Positions 19,012 to 27,812 of a stretch of 64,000 nt of DNA are shown here, one piece after another. Every line of letters begins with the position of its first letter. Within the stretch, counting starts at the first letter, position 1. Origin of the DNA: Oligoflexia bacterium (lineage in GTDB: Bacteria > Bdellovibrionota > UBA1018); the NCBI GenBank assembly GCA_963758495.1, contig CAVWVI010000004.1, positions 1,024,001 to 1,088,000 on the forward strand. The letters run 5' to 3'. Under the pieces are notes generated by a model. It saw only the letters and a list, made by a program, of their open reading frames with translations, was not told where the DNA came from and made no database searches. The position numbers were made by a program, and so were the translations under genes.

Positions 19012-19651
19012 ATTGGGCTCCCTCTTCGTCCCACGAATGATAATTTTTGAGCATATTTTTGATACTTTTTTCGGCAGCTTTTGGAATTTTAGAGTATTTG
19101 TGAGCCAACCAGCGAATTCCGGTACCAATGTTTGCGACAGGATCTGAAATATCTCCTTCAGTTACGCTAATGAGATTTGATCTTGCTTCCTGCCAGCCTT
19201 TTGAATCAGATACGCCCGCAAGTACACGTCGTGCCTGACTTGTTATCTGCATCAGCCCGTGAGCAGTGCTTTTTTTCGATTTTGTGTGAATCTCCGGTTC
19301 AAAACGCGACTCAACCGCAATCAATGCCTTTATAATAAGGGGGTCAATATTTGGAAATGAAAGATCCTGATTTTTCCAATACTCTAACCAAAATTGAATT
19401 GCCGTATCGAAATCTACACCTTTGTCTTTGAAGCCTGCGATTGATTTGAGTGGTGGATACTTTTTCTTTGACTGCCAGTAGAGATACAATAAATTTTCTT
19501 TTAAGAGCCCTGCTCCAAATCTTATCCTCCGACGACGATGAGCCTCTACCCACGTTCGTGCGCCAGAATGGCAAACTCGCTCATGGCCCTTAACGGCATA
19601 GTATCCTGGAGGACATATTTCCGACGAATTCGGTTTATTTAACATGTACAA
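18971..19651 (-). CDS. Lytic transglycosylase (SLT domain)
   Basis: IKALIAVESRF (catalytic Glu), AHGLMQI, DPVANIGTGIRWL, LKNYH; N-terminal CPPGYYAVKGH..C motif; no signal peptide. Confidence 0.85.
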   Translation of the reverse strand: MYMLNKPNSSEICPPGYYAVKGHERVCHSGARTWVEAHRRRRIRFGAGLLKENLLYLYWQSKKKYPPLKSIAGFKDKGVDFDTAIQFWLEYWKNQDLSFPNIDPLIIKALIAVESRFEPEIHTKSKKSTAHGLMQITSQARRVLAGVSDSKGWQEARSNLISVTEGDISDPVANIGTGIRWLAHKYSKIPKAAEKSIKNMLKNYHSWDEEGAQYAKKILELYNKSR

Positions 19652-19675
19652 TCACTCATAGCGGATGCAATCAGG

Positions 19676-19771
19676 CTACTGTAGCTTCTGTAGCTTCTGT
19701 AGCTTCTGTAGCTTCTGTAGCTTCTGAAGTTCTTTCCCTGCTTGTTTGCTGATAATGACCTTGAGGATCAT
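19676..19771 (-). pseudogene. Truncated RelE/ParE-like toxin N-terminus ending in a KLQ repeat
   Basis: AGGA RBS then MILKVIISKQAGKELQKLQKLQKLQKLQKLQ*; the first 18 aa resemble RelE-family starts. Confidence 0.5.
19679..19723. repeat. 9-bp tandem repeat (CTGTAGCTT) x5
   Basis: Read directly from the sequence. Confidence 0.95.
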
Positions 19772-20034
19772 TCCTATTTGTAAAGCTATTAAAAGTACAG
19801 GTCAAGAAATGCTTGCGCTACTCTGTGTTCCGGCATTTTTTCAAAATGACCATTAAGCTTGAGTATCATTTCCTCTGCGTAGGCTGCCACGATCCGAACC
19901 CCATACTTCAGGGGCTTATATCATAGGGGAATTGCTGGCCATCACCAGAAATGGTTGAATTTCTTTGTGATTTTGTAAGTTCGTGTCTGAATCACAGCAT
20001 TAGAAATCAAGGACTTTACAAGAAATGCCGATTA

Positions 20035-20070
20035 TTGTACAATTAGTACATAAAGTACGGAACGTACAAT
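20035..20070 (+). promoter_or_regulatory. Phd/YefM-type operator array of GTAC palindromes
   Basis: ttGTACaattaGTACataaaGTACggaacGTACaat: four GTAC cores at 9-bp periodicity just upstream of the antitoxin RBS. Confidence 0.7.
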
Positions 20071-20080
20071 TGAGGTCAAT

Positions 20081-20335
20081 ATGAATAATCTATCTGCTGC
20101 CAAAATGAGAAGTGACTTTGCCGAAGTAGTTAACCGAGTGGCTTTTGGAAAAGAGAGAGTTATCATTACTCGTCGAGGAAAGAATCTAGCTGCTGTAGTT
20201 CCTGTAGAAGACCTGGAATTGTTACAGGAGATTGAAAATAAAATGGACCTCTCTGAAGCACGCGAAGCCCTTAAAGAGACAAAAACAAAGGGAACCAAGG
20301 CTTGGACGAAACTTAAAAATGAAATGGGCCTATAA
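20081..20335 (+). CDS. Phd/YefM family antitoxin
   Basis: LSAAKMRSDFAEVVNRVAFGKERVIITRRGKNLAAVVPVED. Confidence 0.92.
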   Translation: MNNLSAAKMRSDFAEVVNRVAFGKERVIITRRGKNLAAVVPVEDLELLQEIENKMDLSEAREALKETKTKGTKAWTKLKNEMGL

Positions 20336-20343
20336 GCACTCCC

Positions 20344-20604
20344 ATGGCTTATACTATTGTATTTGCACCTAGAGCAGAAAAAGATTTTAAAAAATTAGAT
20401 AAGCCTATTCAAAAGCAATTACGTCCAAAAATTGATGCTCTTGCCAAAAACCCTAGACATCATGGAGCTGAAAAGCTCGCAGGAGAAGATGACCTGTATC
20501 GAATTAGATCCGGTGATTATCGCATTGTCTATCAAATCCAAGATAAGCAACTGGTAGTACTCTTAGTCAAAATAGGACATAGGCGAGAAATTTACCAAAG
20601 GTAA
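20344..20604 (+). CDS. relE: RelE/ParE family toxin
   Basis: YTIVFAPRAEKDFKKL...LYRIRSGDYRIVYQI...KIGHRREIY. Confidence 0.93.
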   Translation: MAYTIVFAPRAEKDFKKLDKPIQKQLRPKIDALAKNPRHHGAEKLAGEDDLYRIRSGDYRIVYQIQDKQLVVLLVKIGHRREIYQR

Positions 20605-20620
20605 TCCAGCCTGAAGAATA

Positions 20621-20827
20621 ATGAAAAGATCTATAGAACTTAATGAAGATAAAGTGAAATTAGCAAAGAAGCTTTCTGGTGCTTCTACTTTAAAAGATCT
20701 CTTGGATAAGGCCTTAGATGCTTATATTGCAAGAGCTAGGAGACTCTCTATGGCGAACATGCTGGGAAGTGGTTTTTTTAAAGGCGATCTTAATAAAATG
20801 AGGAAATCGCGTGGCCATTCTCGATGA
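20621..20827 (+). CDS. vapB: VapB-family antitoxin (orphan)
   Basis: MKRSIELNEDKVKLAKKLSGASTLKDLLDKAL...GDLNKMR; same pattern as 27037-27273. Confidence 0.75.
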   Translation: MKRSIELNEDKVKLAKKLSGASTLKDLLDKALDAYIARARRLSMANMLGSGFFKGDLNKMRKSRGHSR

Positions 20828-20836
20828 AATATTCAA

Positions 20837-22194
20837 CTAGTGGGTCAGATGGCTCGGGGATGGCCATTGAAGCAGGCAACCCTTCGAGCGGCTTCTACTG
20901 ATCGGCAATTTCGAAGTGGCACCAGAACCTGATAAAGCATGACGGCGTTCTCGGGATCGTTGTCTTCGGATTGCTCTTTTTCCGCCCCAAACAAATGGAG
21001 TAGGATTGTGGTTCCAGGCATGCGCCACTTGTTCAAAGTAATCGATCAAATCCTGAGGACTTTTTGGAATTGCTCCAGCTAAAGCACGGGCTTTCAGTAT
21101 ATTCTGAATTGATTCAGCCATATTCAGCCAGGACCCACTAATCGGCGTGTAGATGGGCATGACTCCATGGTAGACCCACCAGAGAACCATTTCCGGTGTT
21201 TTGTGGCCTGAGAGATTATCCAGAATCAGTAATATCCGAAGAGGCGGTAGTTTCTCAGGTAGAGTAAACTTGATTTGAAGTCCGTCTTGCCAGCGCTCCC
21301 AGATCGCATTGCGCTGGATTTGGGACATGTGTTGTTGCTTTTTTTGTTCAGGAGTAACAGGAGAGTGCTTAAGAATTGCCGTGAATTGCGTCTTCATCCA
21401 GGGATGCATTACTGCATTGGTGCAGCTTTCCACTCCCTTAATTCTTATTTTCCCATCTTGAGGATGAAACAAAGTCAACACCTTTGCCGTTCCACCTCGG
21501 ATATATTCATGAGGAATTCTGGCTGGATGGGACTCCAATTGCCAGCTGCGGCCAGGTTGTGGGATCGCTTGAAAAGGGCCAGCCTCATCTTCACACCACA
21601 AATCTAAGCCCAACTTACTGGCTTCCGAGTACGCCGTCTCGATAATTTTTTTTTAGCAACTCGATCAATATCTTTAACTTCAACAGGGCCGTCTTTGTGC
21701 ATCCGCATTGTTTTACCAGTATCTACCCAAGTTCTATTATGCTGCCAAGAATATCCATTCTCGTGAAGAGTTTTCCAAATAATGGAAGTACTCACAACTA
21801 ATTGATCTCTTCTTTTGAGTGCCACTTGAAGAGTATTTAAGGACCAGGTCGCAGTCCCATCTTGCTCTCTATCTGGAGGAGTTTTAAATCGCTTCAAAAT
21901 CTTTTCTTGTTCAGACGCTCCATACTGAATAGGATTCCCACCTCCATGGCGGAGATTGAGCGCCGTCATTCCCATTCGATTAAAGCGAAAGACCAGGTAA
22001 GAGACGGCGTCATTCGATCTCCTTCCTGCTGCTTGTGCAGCCTCGGAGTAAGAAAGTCCCGCCTCCACTGCCAAGAGTTCTTTAGCCCACGCAACTCGAT
22101 AAGCGGGTTCTGCCGAAGAGTGGGTCAAATGCTCTAGAGCTTGATGTTCTTTTTGTGTTAGGGTTCGAAGTGCTTCTTTTCTAGCAGCAGCCAT
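20837..22194 (-). CDS. IS630 transposase, OrfA (HTH, 21604-22194) + OrfB (DDE, 20837-21613) joined by a -1 frameshift
   Basis: A9 run (T9 at 21646-21654); the -1 frame reads KKKIIETAYSEASKLGLDLWCEDEAGPFQ; LILDNLSGH; YTPISGSWLNMAESIQ. Confidence 0.9.
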
Positions 22195-22306
22195 GATTGA
22201 ATTCCCTCCATGACTGACTAGGATTGCCTTTTCAGTGCCAATCCTTTCTGCTCGCTTTTAGAATCAGACAACAAAATTGGCCATCCCCGAGCCATCTGAC
22301 CCACTA
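20838..22306 (-). mobile_element. IS630-family insertion sequence
   Basis: Perfect 30-bp inverted match including the CTAG target context: ctagtgggtcagatggctcggggatggcca (20837-20866) / tggccatccccgagccatctgacccactag (22278-22307); TA duplication at 20838-39 and 22305-06. Confidence 0.95.
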
Positions 22307-23443
22307 GCTCTCCAACGACTCAAGCCACTTACTCGCCTGAAGAATTTGAATGTTCTTTCGACTCTGCTCTCGATGTAAATTACGCACGAGCTGAATGCTA
22401 TGGAGAGGTTGAATTCGGTCAGTGAAATATTGCAAATGCGGAGATATTTCTCCGTCAGAAAGCTTAGTTTCAATAAGATATTCAACGGTTTTATTTCGAA
22501 TCGTTAGAAAATCGACTTCTTTTTTTTCTTTATCTTTTAGATAATGAAGGTGAAGCGTCTCGCCTTTGCAATCCTCTAAATAATGCTGACGTTTTAACAA
22601 TGAACAGGCGACTAAGTTTTCAAACCGTGCCCCTGGATCAGGCTTAACTCTTCCGGTATCAAAAAAATAGATCTTGGGTTCCTTTAATATCGACCTCGCA
22701 ATATTCTTAGAATAGGGGGTCACTACAAAAATGACGAAAAGATTTTCCAGAACCTGAACCCACTTTTTTATAGTATGAGGAGAGACTTCAATGTCTTTTG
22801 CAAGTGAAGCATAAGAAACCGTACTGCCCACTCTTTCGCTCAAAAGATCAACCAAGATTTCTAGCTGTTTTAATTCTCGCACTTTTTCAAGATCCAAAAG
22901 ATCTTCCCGCAAAATCCGATCTAGATGACTTTTTCTCCATCGATTTGCCTCAATTTCTGATTGGCTTAAAAAAGGCTCCGGAAATCCTCCACGTTGAAGC
23001 AAAAGAGAAAGAACTTCTTCAGACGGTAAGTGACCCTTCATCTCAGCAACACTCAAAGGGTGAAGCCTATAGAGATGATGACGACCCGCAAGAGAATCAC
23101 CCCCCCTTCGAAATATATCTAAACGCGCAGATCCAGTGGCTAGCAACCGGGGTGGGATTTTTTCTGTGTCATAGATTCCTTTGATCCATCTTTTCCAAAC
23201 CTTCATCTTGTGAATTTCATCAAAGATGACCAAGTCTCGATTGCGACTCCACCCTTCTGCCAAGATAATGGAGCGGTCTTGTTTACGATCAAAATTAAGA
23301 TATTCGAAATTTTCAGGAAACAGCCTCTGAGATAGATAAGTTTTGCCTACCTGCCTAGGACCTGAAAGCAGGACAATCTTCTTGCTCAAGTCCAACTTAA
23401 GCTGGCCTGTAATAGTTCTTTCTATTGTTTCCAAATGAACCAT
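22304..23443 (-). CDS. AAA+ ATPase (AAA_14 + DUF4143-type C-terminus)
   Basis: GPRQVGKT, IFDEIHK, ATGSA, DSLAGR, GGFPEP, KEPKIYFFDTG, FENLV, KEVDFL...LIETK; likely start ATG 23443. Confidence 0.9.
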   Translation of the reverse strand: MVHLETIERTITGQLKLDLSKKIVLLSGPRQVGKTYLSQRLFPENFEYLNFDRKQDRSIILAEGWSRNRDLVIFDEIHKMKVWKRWIKGIYDTEKIPPRLLATGSARLDIFRRGGDSLAGRHHLYRLHPLSVAEMKGHLPSEEVLSLLLQRGGFPEPFLSQSEIEANRWRKSHLDRILREDLLDLEKVRELKQLEILVDLLSERVGSTVSYASLAKDIEVSPHTIKKWVQVLENLFVIFVVTPYSKNIARSILKEPKIYFFDTGRVKPDPGARFENLVACSLLKRQHYLEDCKGETLHLHYLKDKEKKEVDFLTIRNKTVEYLIETKLSDGEISPHLQYFTDRIQPLHSIQLVRNLHREQSRKNIQILQASKWLESLES

Positions 23444-23444
23444 A

Positions 23445-23510
23445 TTGACTAAAATGCACTCAATTGCAAAAAAGTCACGACTAAAATGCATTAGGCTGCA
23501 TTTTGGTCAA
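23445..23510. promoter_or_regulatory. Tandem palindromic operator-like array upstream of the AAA+ ATPase
   Basis: gactaaaatgca at 23447 and 23479, each followed 6 bp later by an inverted copy (tgcaaaaaagtc, imperfect; tgcattttggtc, one mismatch). Confidence 0.6.
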
Positions 23511-23526
23511 ACGGCCCAAACTCTTC

Positions 23527-24471
23527 TTATGGAATAGTTTGTACAAACTGCTTTCGCGCGATCAAAATATCTTTGGCAATTTGCTCTTTCAGTTCTTCTA
23601 CGCCAGAAAACTTCTTCTCATCGCGCAATCGAGACAGGAACTCCACTTCCATTGTGGTTCCGTACAAATCGATTGTGGTATCTAATAAATGAGTTTCAAC
23701 TAATGCTGGGAGCTCATGCCCTTCTAACTGAAAGGTGGGGCGCACACCCACATTGGTCACACTTGGGTAGTGCTTACCTGCTAGGACTGCGAAACTTGCA
23801 TAAACTCCATAAGGAAGAGTGAGCTTATTCTCAATTTTCAAATTAGCCGTAGGAAATCCAATCTTTCTACCTCTACCCTCGCCTTTTATGACGACGCCTC
23901 GGTAGAAAAATCTGCGCCCTAATAACAGATGCGCTTCGTGCAGCTTGCCTGCAAGTAAATGCTGTCGAATCTTCGAACTAGAAACGACTTCACCCTGAAC
24001 TCTTTGAGGCTCAACCACAATGAGTTCAACACGTGCATTTTTACAAAAGGTTGCCATCGCCTCTAAATGCCCATGGCGCTCTTTTCCAAATCCAAAATCA
24101 TAACCGACTACAATCACTTCCGCACTCAACTGCCTCATGAGTACATCATTGAAAAACTGCTCAGGCTCAATGGTCGAGAATTCGCGACTAAAGGGTTCTT
24201 CTACAGTAATATCCACGCCTAGTCGTTCCAGAATATCTAATTTTTCATCATAAGTAGAGAGCAGCTGAAGCGAATTGGCCGGTCTAAGGGCCGCTTGAGG
24301 ATGAGGTCGAAAGGTATAAGCCACACACTGACCTTGCCGCATTCGGGCTTTCTCTATGGCTAGCTGAATGATTTTCTGATGCCCTAAATGGACTCCATCG
24401 AAATTACCAATAGTTACAACAGGGTTAGAAACAGAATGAGATAAAGATTGAATGCCTCTCACTCGCTCCAT
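23527..24471 (-). CDS. ribF: Bifunctional riboflavin kinase / FAD synthetase
   Basis: TIGNFDGVHLGHQ, VVGYDFGFG, VSSSKIR, GRKIGFPTAN, NVGVRPTF, LRDEKKF. Confidence 0.97.
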   Translation of the reverse strand: MERVRGIQSLSHSVSNPVVTIGNFDGVHLGHQKIIQLAIEKARMRQGQCVAYTFRPHPQAALRPANSLQLLSTYDEKLDILERLGVDITVEEPFSREFSTIEPEQFFNDVLMRQLSAEVIVVGYDFGFGKERHGHLEAMATFCKNARVELIVVEPQRVQGEVVSSSKIRQHLLAGKLHEAHLLLGRRFFYRGVVIKGEGRGRKIGFPTANLKIENKLTLPYGVYASFAVLAGKHYPSVTNVGVRPTFQLEGHELPALVETHLLDTTIDLYGTTMEVEFLSRLRDEKKFSGVEELKEQIAKDILIARKQFVQTIP

Positions 24472-24476
24472 AGAGA

Positions 24477-24866
24477 TTAACCTTGAAGTTGTTTGACCGG
24501 AGGTACAGCCGGTTTTGGAGCAGGTTTAAAAGTATACCCGCACGTATCAATTTCTGCATCCTGTGCATCAAAAGGGTAGTTACGACAATTAGCGGGCCGC
24601 AGATCACCATACACACGGCAATAAGGTAAATTCTGATTATCACGCCCTAAAAAGGGGCACTTATAAATCAACTCACAGCACAAACCACAACGATGACATT
24701 CCCCTTCGCGGGTTTCCTCAATCGCCTTTTTGATATATTCGGGCTTGAAAGTGCCTAAATAAAATCTCCTCATCTTGCGCAAAACCTGCCCCAAAAGGGA
24801 TCTTTCAATGATCTTTCGCTGGTACCATGTCTGAACTGCTTGGCTTAAACTCATTTGAGTACACAT
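24477..24866 (-). CDS. CxxCxxCC (YkgJ-like) Fe-S/Zn cluster protein
   Basis: GECHRCGLCC...CPFL...CRVYGDLRPANCRNYPF...CGY. Confidence 0.75.
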   Translation of the reverse strand: MCTQMSLSQAVQTWYQRKIIERSLLGQVLRKMRRFYLGTFKPEYIKKAIEETREGECHRCGLCCELIYKCPFLGRDNQNLPYCRVYGDLRPANCRNYPFDAQDAEIDTCGYTFKPAPKPAVPPVKQLQG

Positions 24867-25047
24867 TAGCCATAACTAGGTCACTCCCGTCAAGAAGGGA
24901 GAGCGTATGGCCATCCTAAACTTTCTAATGGCTTCTATGCCGAATATTTTTAAAAATTTAACTAAATTAGCTAAGTTTTTATCCTGGGCTTACGACGAGC
25001 ACTGGCGCGATAGCCTATTTATTAAGGAAAATGCTCAATTTGACTCC

Positions 25048-25076
25048 TCAAGTATAGTGTAATACACTATACTTGA
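25048..25076. promoter_or_regulatory. Perfect 14-bp palindromic operator of the brnT-antitoxin operon
   Basis: tcaagtatagtgta-a-tacactatacttga, between a TTGACT -35-like box and the ATG at 25082. Confidence 0.75.
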
Positions 25077-25081
25077 TACTT

Positions 25082-25429
25082 ATGGCTCAATTTGAATTCA
25101 TAGAATGGCTCTTGCTCTGGTTACTTGAAACGTCCTTTTTTGAATTTGATTGGGATGCTGGGAATTCAACTAAAAACGCAAACAAACACTGCGTCACCAT
25201 TCTTGAAATCGAACAGGCATTTCGTCTTCGAAAAGCAGTTCCTCTTGGAATTCAGATCAAGCCAAAGAAAAATGAAGAAACTTATGGGATTGTGGCGATA
25301 ACCGACAATGATAGGTTACTGATGATTGCATTCACTTTACGCAATCAAAAGGTGAGAGCTATTAGCGCTCGCCCAGCTAGCCAGAAGGAGAGGATTTATT
25401 ATGAAGCGTACTTACGTGAAATCTCTTAA
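25082..25429 (+). CDS. brnT: BrnT family ribonuclease toxin
   Basis: FEFDWDAGNSTKNANKHCV...EIEQAF...FTLRNQKVRAISARPASQKERIYY. Confidence 0.9.
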   Translation: MAQFEFIEWLLLWLLETSFFEFDWDAGNSTKNANKHCVTILEIEQAFRLRKAVPLGIQIKPKKNEETYGIVAITDNDRLLMIAFTLRNQKVRAISARPASQKERIYYEAYLREIS

Positions 25430-25640
25430 GGAGTATGAAGGTGATTCTCAATTTAATGAAAAAAAACTTCTTGATGCAGCAAAGCGGCTAAAAAACAGTA
25501 GAAAACTCCCAACAAGTATCGCTCTTGAAAAGGAGACCGTCCGTGAACTCAAGAGCCTGGCTGATGAACGCGGAGTTCCCTATCAAGTCCTGATGAGGAT
25601 GTTCATTATTGATGGGTTGAAAAAATTTCATTCCCGATAG
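25401..25640 (+). CDS. BrnA/CopG-like RHH antitoxin
   Basis: PTSIALEKETVRELKSLADERGVPYQVLMRMFI; overlaps brnT. Confidence 0.85.
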   Translation: MKRTYVKSLKEYEGDSQFNEKKLLDAAKRLKNSRKLPTSIALEKETVRELKSLADERGVPYQVLMRMFIIDGLKKFHSR

Positions 25641-25785
25641 TCTTATTGAGAAATCTACATCAAAATATGCGTCAAACTCTGGCGCTGATTTTACGAAGGG
25701 TTCCTAGGTCTCTTTTTAACGAAGGAAAAGGCCAGTTTTTATCCTATTGACATTTTGGGTAGCTTCGCTAAGTTTCTGAAGCGAG

Positions 25786-26694
25786 GTGAACGTGGAAAAA
25801 AGCAAAAAAACTCATCATAGGTCATCTCAAACCTCACCGCAGTCACAAGTACACTTGCCATCCCATTTGCAGCCATCTTTACAAAAAGACGCGAAAATCA
25901 TCACGATTGCCAACCAAAAAGGTGGCGTAGGCAAAACTACTACAACAATGAATCTGGGCGTGGCCCTCGCAAAAGCAGGAAAACGTGTACTGCTCGTAGA
26001 TGGAGACCCTCAGGCTAATCTCACCAGCTATTTAGGCGTCTCGCCTGGCGAACCGCCCTACGAAAGCCTCCACACTCTAGATGAAATCTACCTTGCAAAA
26101 CGCCCGTTGGACAAAAATGGACGTCATCTTTTCATTACAAAAACGACCTCGGGAGTCGATTTAATTGCCTCTGACAAAGCTTTAGCCGGAGTAGAATATT
26201 ACCTTTTTACTCGGCCTGATCGCGAAGTCGTCTTGGCTCGTTTTCTGAATACGATTCGCCATGATTACGATTTTATTGTAATTGATACTCCTCCCAGCTT
26301 AAATTTACTCACTCTCAATGCACTCTGCGCAAGCGATCACGTCTTGATTCCAGTTCAACCCGAATTCTTTAGTCTGGAAGGAATCGTTAAAATCCGTGAA
26401 GCGATTCACGATATTCGAGACCGCTGGAACCCGAAGATTTCTATTATTGGTGTCCTACCTACCCAAGTCTCTCACCGCCGCAAGCTCACTCAAGAAGTGA
26501 TTCTAGCGTTAAAGGAAGAACTCGGTGAGACACTTTTTGATGGAGCGATCCATGACAACGCAGCAGTCGCCGAAAGCTCAGGCCACGCAAAATCTGTTTT
26601 AGAATATGATCGTTCATCGCGCGGTGCTCTCGATTACTTGGCTGCTGCCAAGGAACTCTTAAACCGCTGTTCCCAAGCTCAACCGGAGGTCTAA
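25786..26694 (+). CDS. ParA/Soj family ATPase (orphan)
   Basis: IANQKGGVGKTTT, LVDGDPQANLT, IDTPPSL, IPVQPEFFSLEG; no parB adjacent. Confidence 0.92.
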   Translation: MNVEKSKKTHHRSSQTSPQSQVHLPSHLQPSLQKDAKIITIANQKGGVGKTTTTMNLGVALAKAGKRVLLVDGDPQANLTSYLGVSPGEPPYESLHTLDEIYLAKRPLDKNGRHLFITKTTSGVDLIASDKALAGVEYYLFTRPDREVVLARFLNTIRHDYDFIVIDTPPSLNLLTLNALCASDHVLIPVQPEFFSLEGIVKIREAIHDIRDRWNPKISIIGVLPTQVSHRRKLTQEVILALKEELGETLFDGAIHDNAAVAESSGHAKSVLEYDRSSRGALDYLAAAKELLNRCSQAQPEV

Positions 26695-26701
26695 AATAGT
26701 C

Positions 26702-26938
26702 ATGGCAAAGGCAAAACACCTTGGAAGAAATCCTTTTACCCAAAAGCAGGCGGCTTTTCAAAAGTCTTCAAAATCTCCAAAAAGCGAACCAACCGCAGCT
26801 AATAGTGCGCGAAGTACTCAATGTCCGATGAAAAATCCCTTTCATTTTCTTTTCGTCGCTCTACCGGTAGGTTCCGTTGTTCTTGCATTGAAGACTGTAC
26901 TTAAGTTTAAGGATAGGGTCGTCGGCTCTTCGAGGTGA
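26702..26938 (+). CDS. Small hypothetical partner of ParA
   Basis: 7 bp after the ParA stop, GGAGG RBS; MAKAKHLGRNPF N-terminus and a C-terminal hydrophobic segment. Confidence 0.55.
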   Translation: MAKAKHLGRNPFTQKQAAFQKSSKSPKSEPTAANSARSTQCPMKNPFHFLFVALPVGSVVLALKTVLKFKDRVVGSSR

Positions 26939-27036
26939 GAGGCCATGATAAGACTCATTTACGACCTATCGTAAATGGGTATTGACTCAAGAAAAAAGAA
27001 AATAACTCTGATTCCGTTGATTAATAAAGATTAAGC

Positions 27037-27273
27037 ATGCATACTATGCACATGAAACGTACAAATCTTGTGTTAGATGAACAACTTCTTGAAAAAGCCA
27101 CTCAAGTTTTAGGGCAAAAGACTTATTCGGCAACTGTGAATAAAGCACTTGAAGAGGCTATCCGAATGGTCAAGATCAGACAACTTTCTCAGTTTATGGG
27201 TAAATCAGTTTGGGAAGGGAATCTTTCTGAAATGAGAGAGGATAAGCTTATCAGTACTAAAAAGAAAAAATAA
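27037..27273 (+). CDS. vapB: VapB-family antitoxin
   Basis: MKRTNLVLDEQLLEKA...TYSATVNKALEE...WEGNLSEMR (start may be 27046 or 27052). Confidence 0.88.
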   Translation: MHTMHMKRTNLVLDEQLLEKATQVLGQKTYSATVNKALEEAIRMVKIRQLSQFMGKSVWEGNLSEMREDKLISTKKKK

Positions 27274-27298
27274 TTTATGCCTTTTAGAAAGCGAAAAT

Positions 27299-27688
27299 AT
27301 GATTTTAGTTGATACCTCCGTTTGGATAGATTTATTAGGAAAAAATAAAAATTTTCGAATTAATTCTGAACAGTTATTTTCAATTGTAACTTGCCCACCT
27401 ATTCTACAGGAAATTTTCCAAGGAATACGGAACGATTTAGCCTATCATACTATCCAAGACAGTCTTCTGGCTCTCTCTCGAGTTTCTGATCCTGTTCCCT
27501 TAGATGTTTATTTATTTGCGGCAGATATTTATAGATCGGGTAGAAAAAAAGGATTTACGATTCGTTCATCATTCGATTGCCTTATTGCTGCTATTGCAAT
27601 TCGAGAAAAATTACCAGTATGGCATTTAGATCGTGATTTTAATCTAATAGCAAAATATACCGACCTAAAGACTCAAAATTCGTTATGA
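27299..27688 (+). CDS. vapC: VapC PIN-domain toxin
   Basis: MILVDTSVWID, ILQEIFQG, IRSSFDCLIAAIA, HLDRDF. Confidence 0.94.
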   Translation: MILVDTSVWIDLLGKNKNFRINSEQLFSIVTCPPILQEIFQGIRNDLAYHTIQDSLLALSRVSDPVPLDVYLFAADIYRSGRKKGFTIRSSFDCLIAAIAIREKLPVWHLDRDFNLIAKYTDLKTQNSL

Positions 27689-27737
27689 TATAATTTGTCT
27701 TTAAAACACTATTTATCTTATTGAATTATAAAGCCCC

Positions 27738-27778
27738 TATCATGCTGGAAGTTTTCAAAGAAAATCTCCAGCATGATA
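27738..27778. terminator. Hairpin between convergent vapC and glnA (probable terminator)
   Basis: tatcatgctgga (27738-49) / tccagcatgata (27767-78). Confidence 0.65.
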
Positions 27779-27812
27779 AAGAACACCCAAAACAGCTAAT
27801 AACAGCACATTC

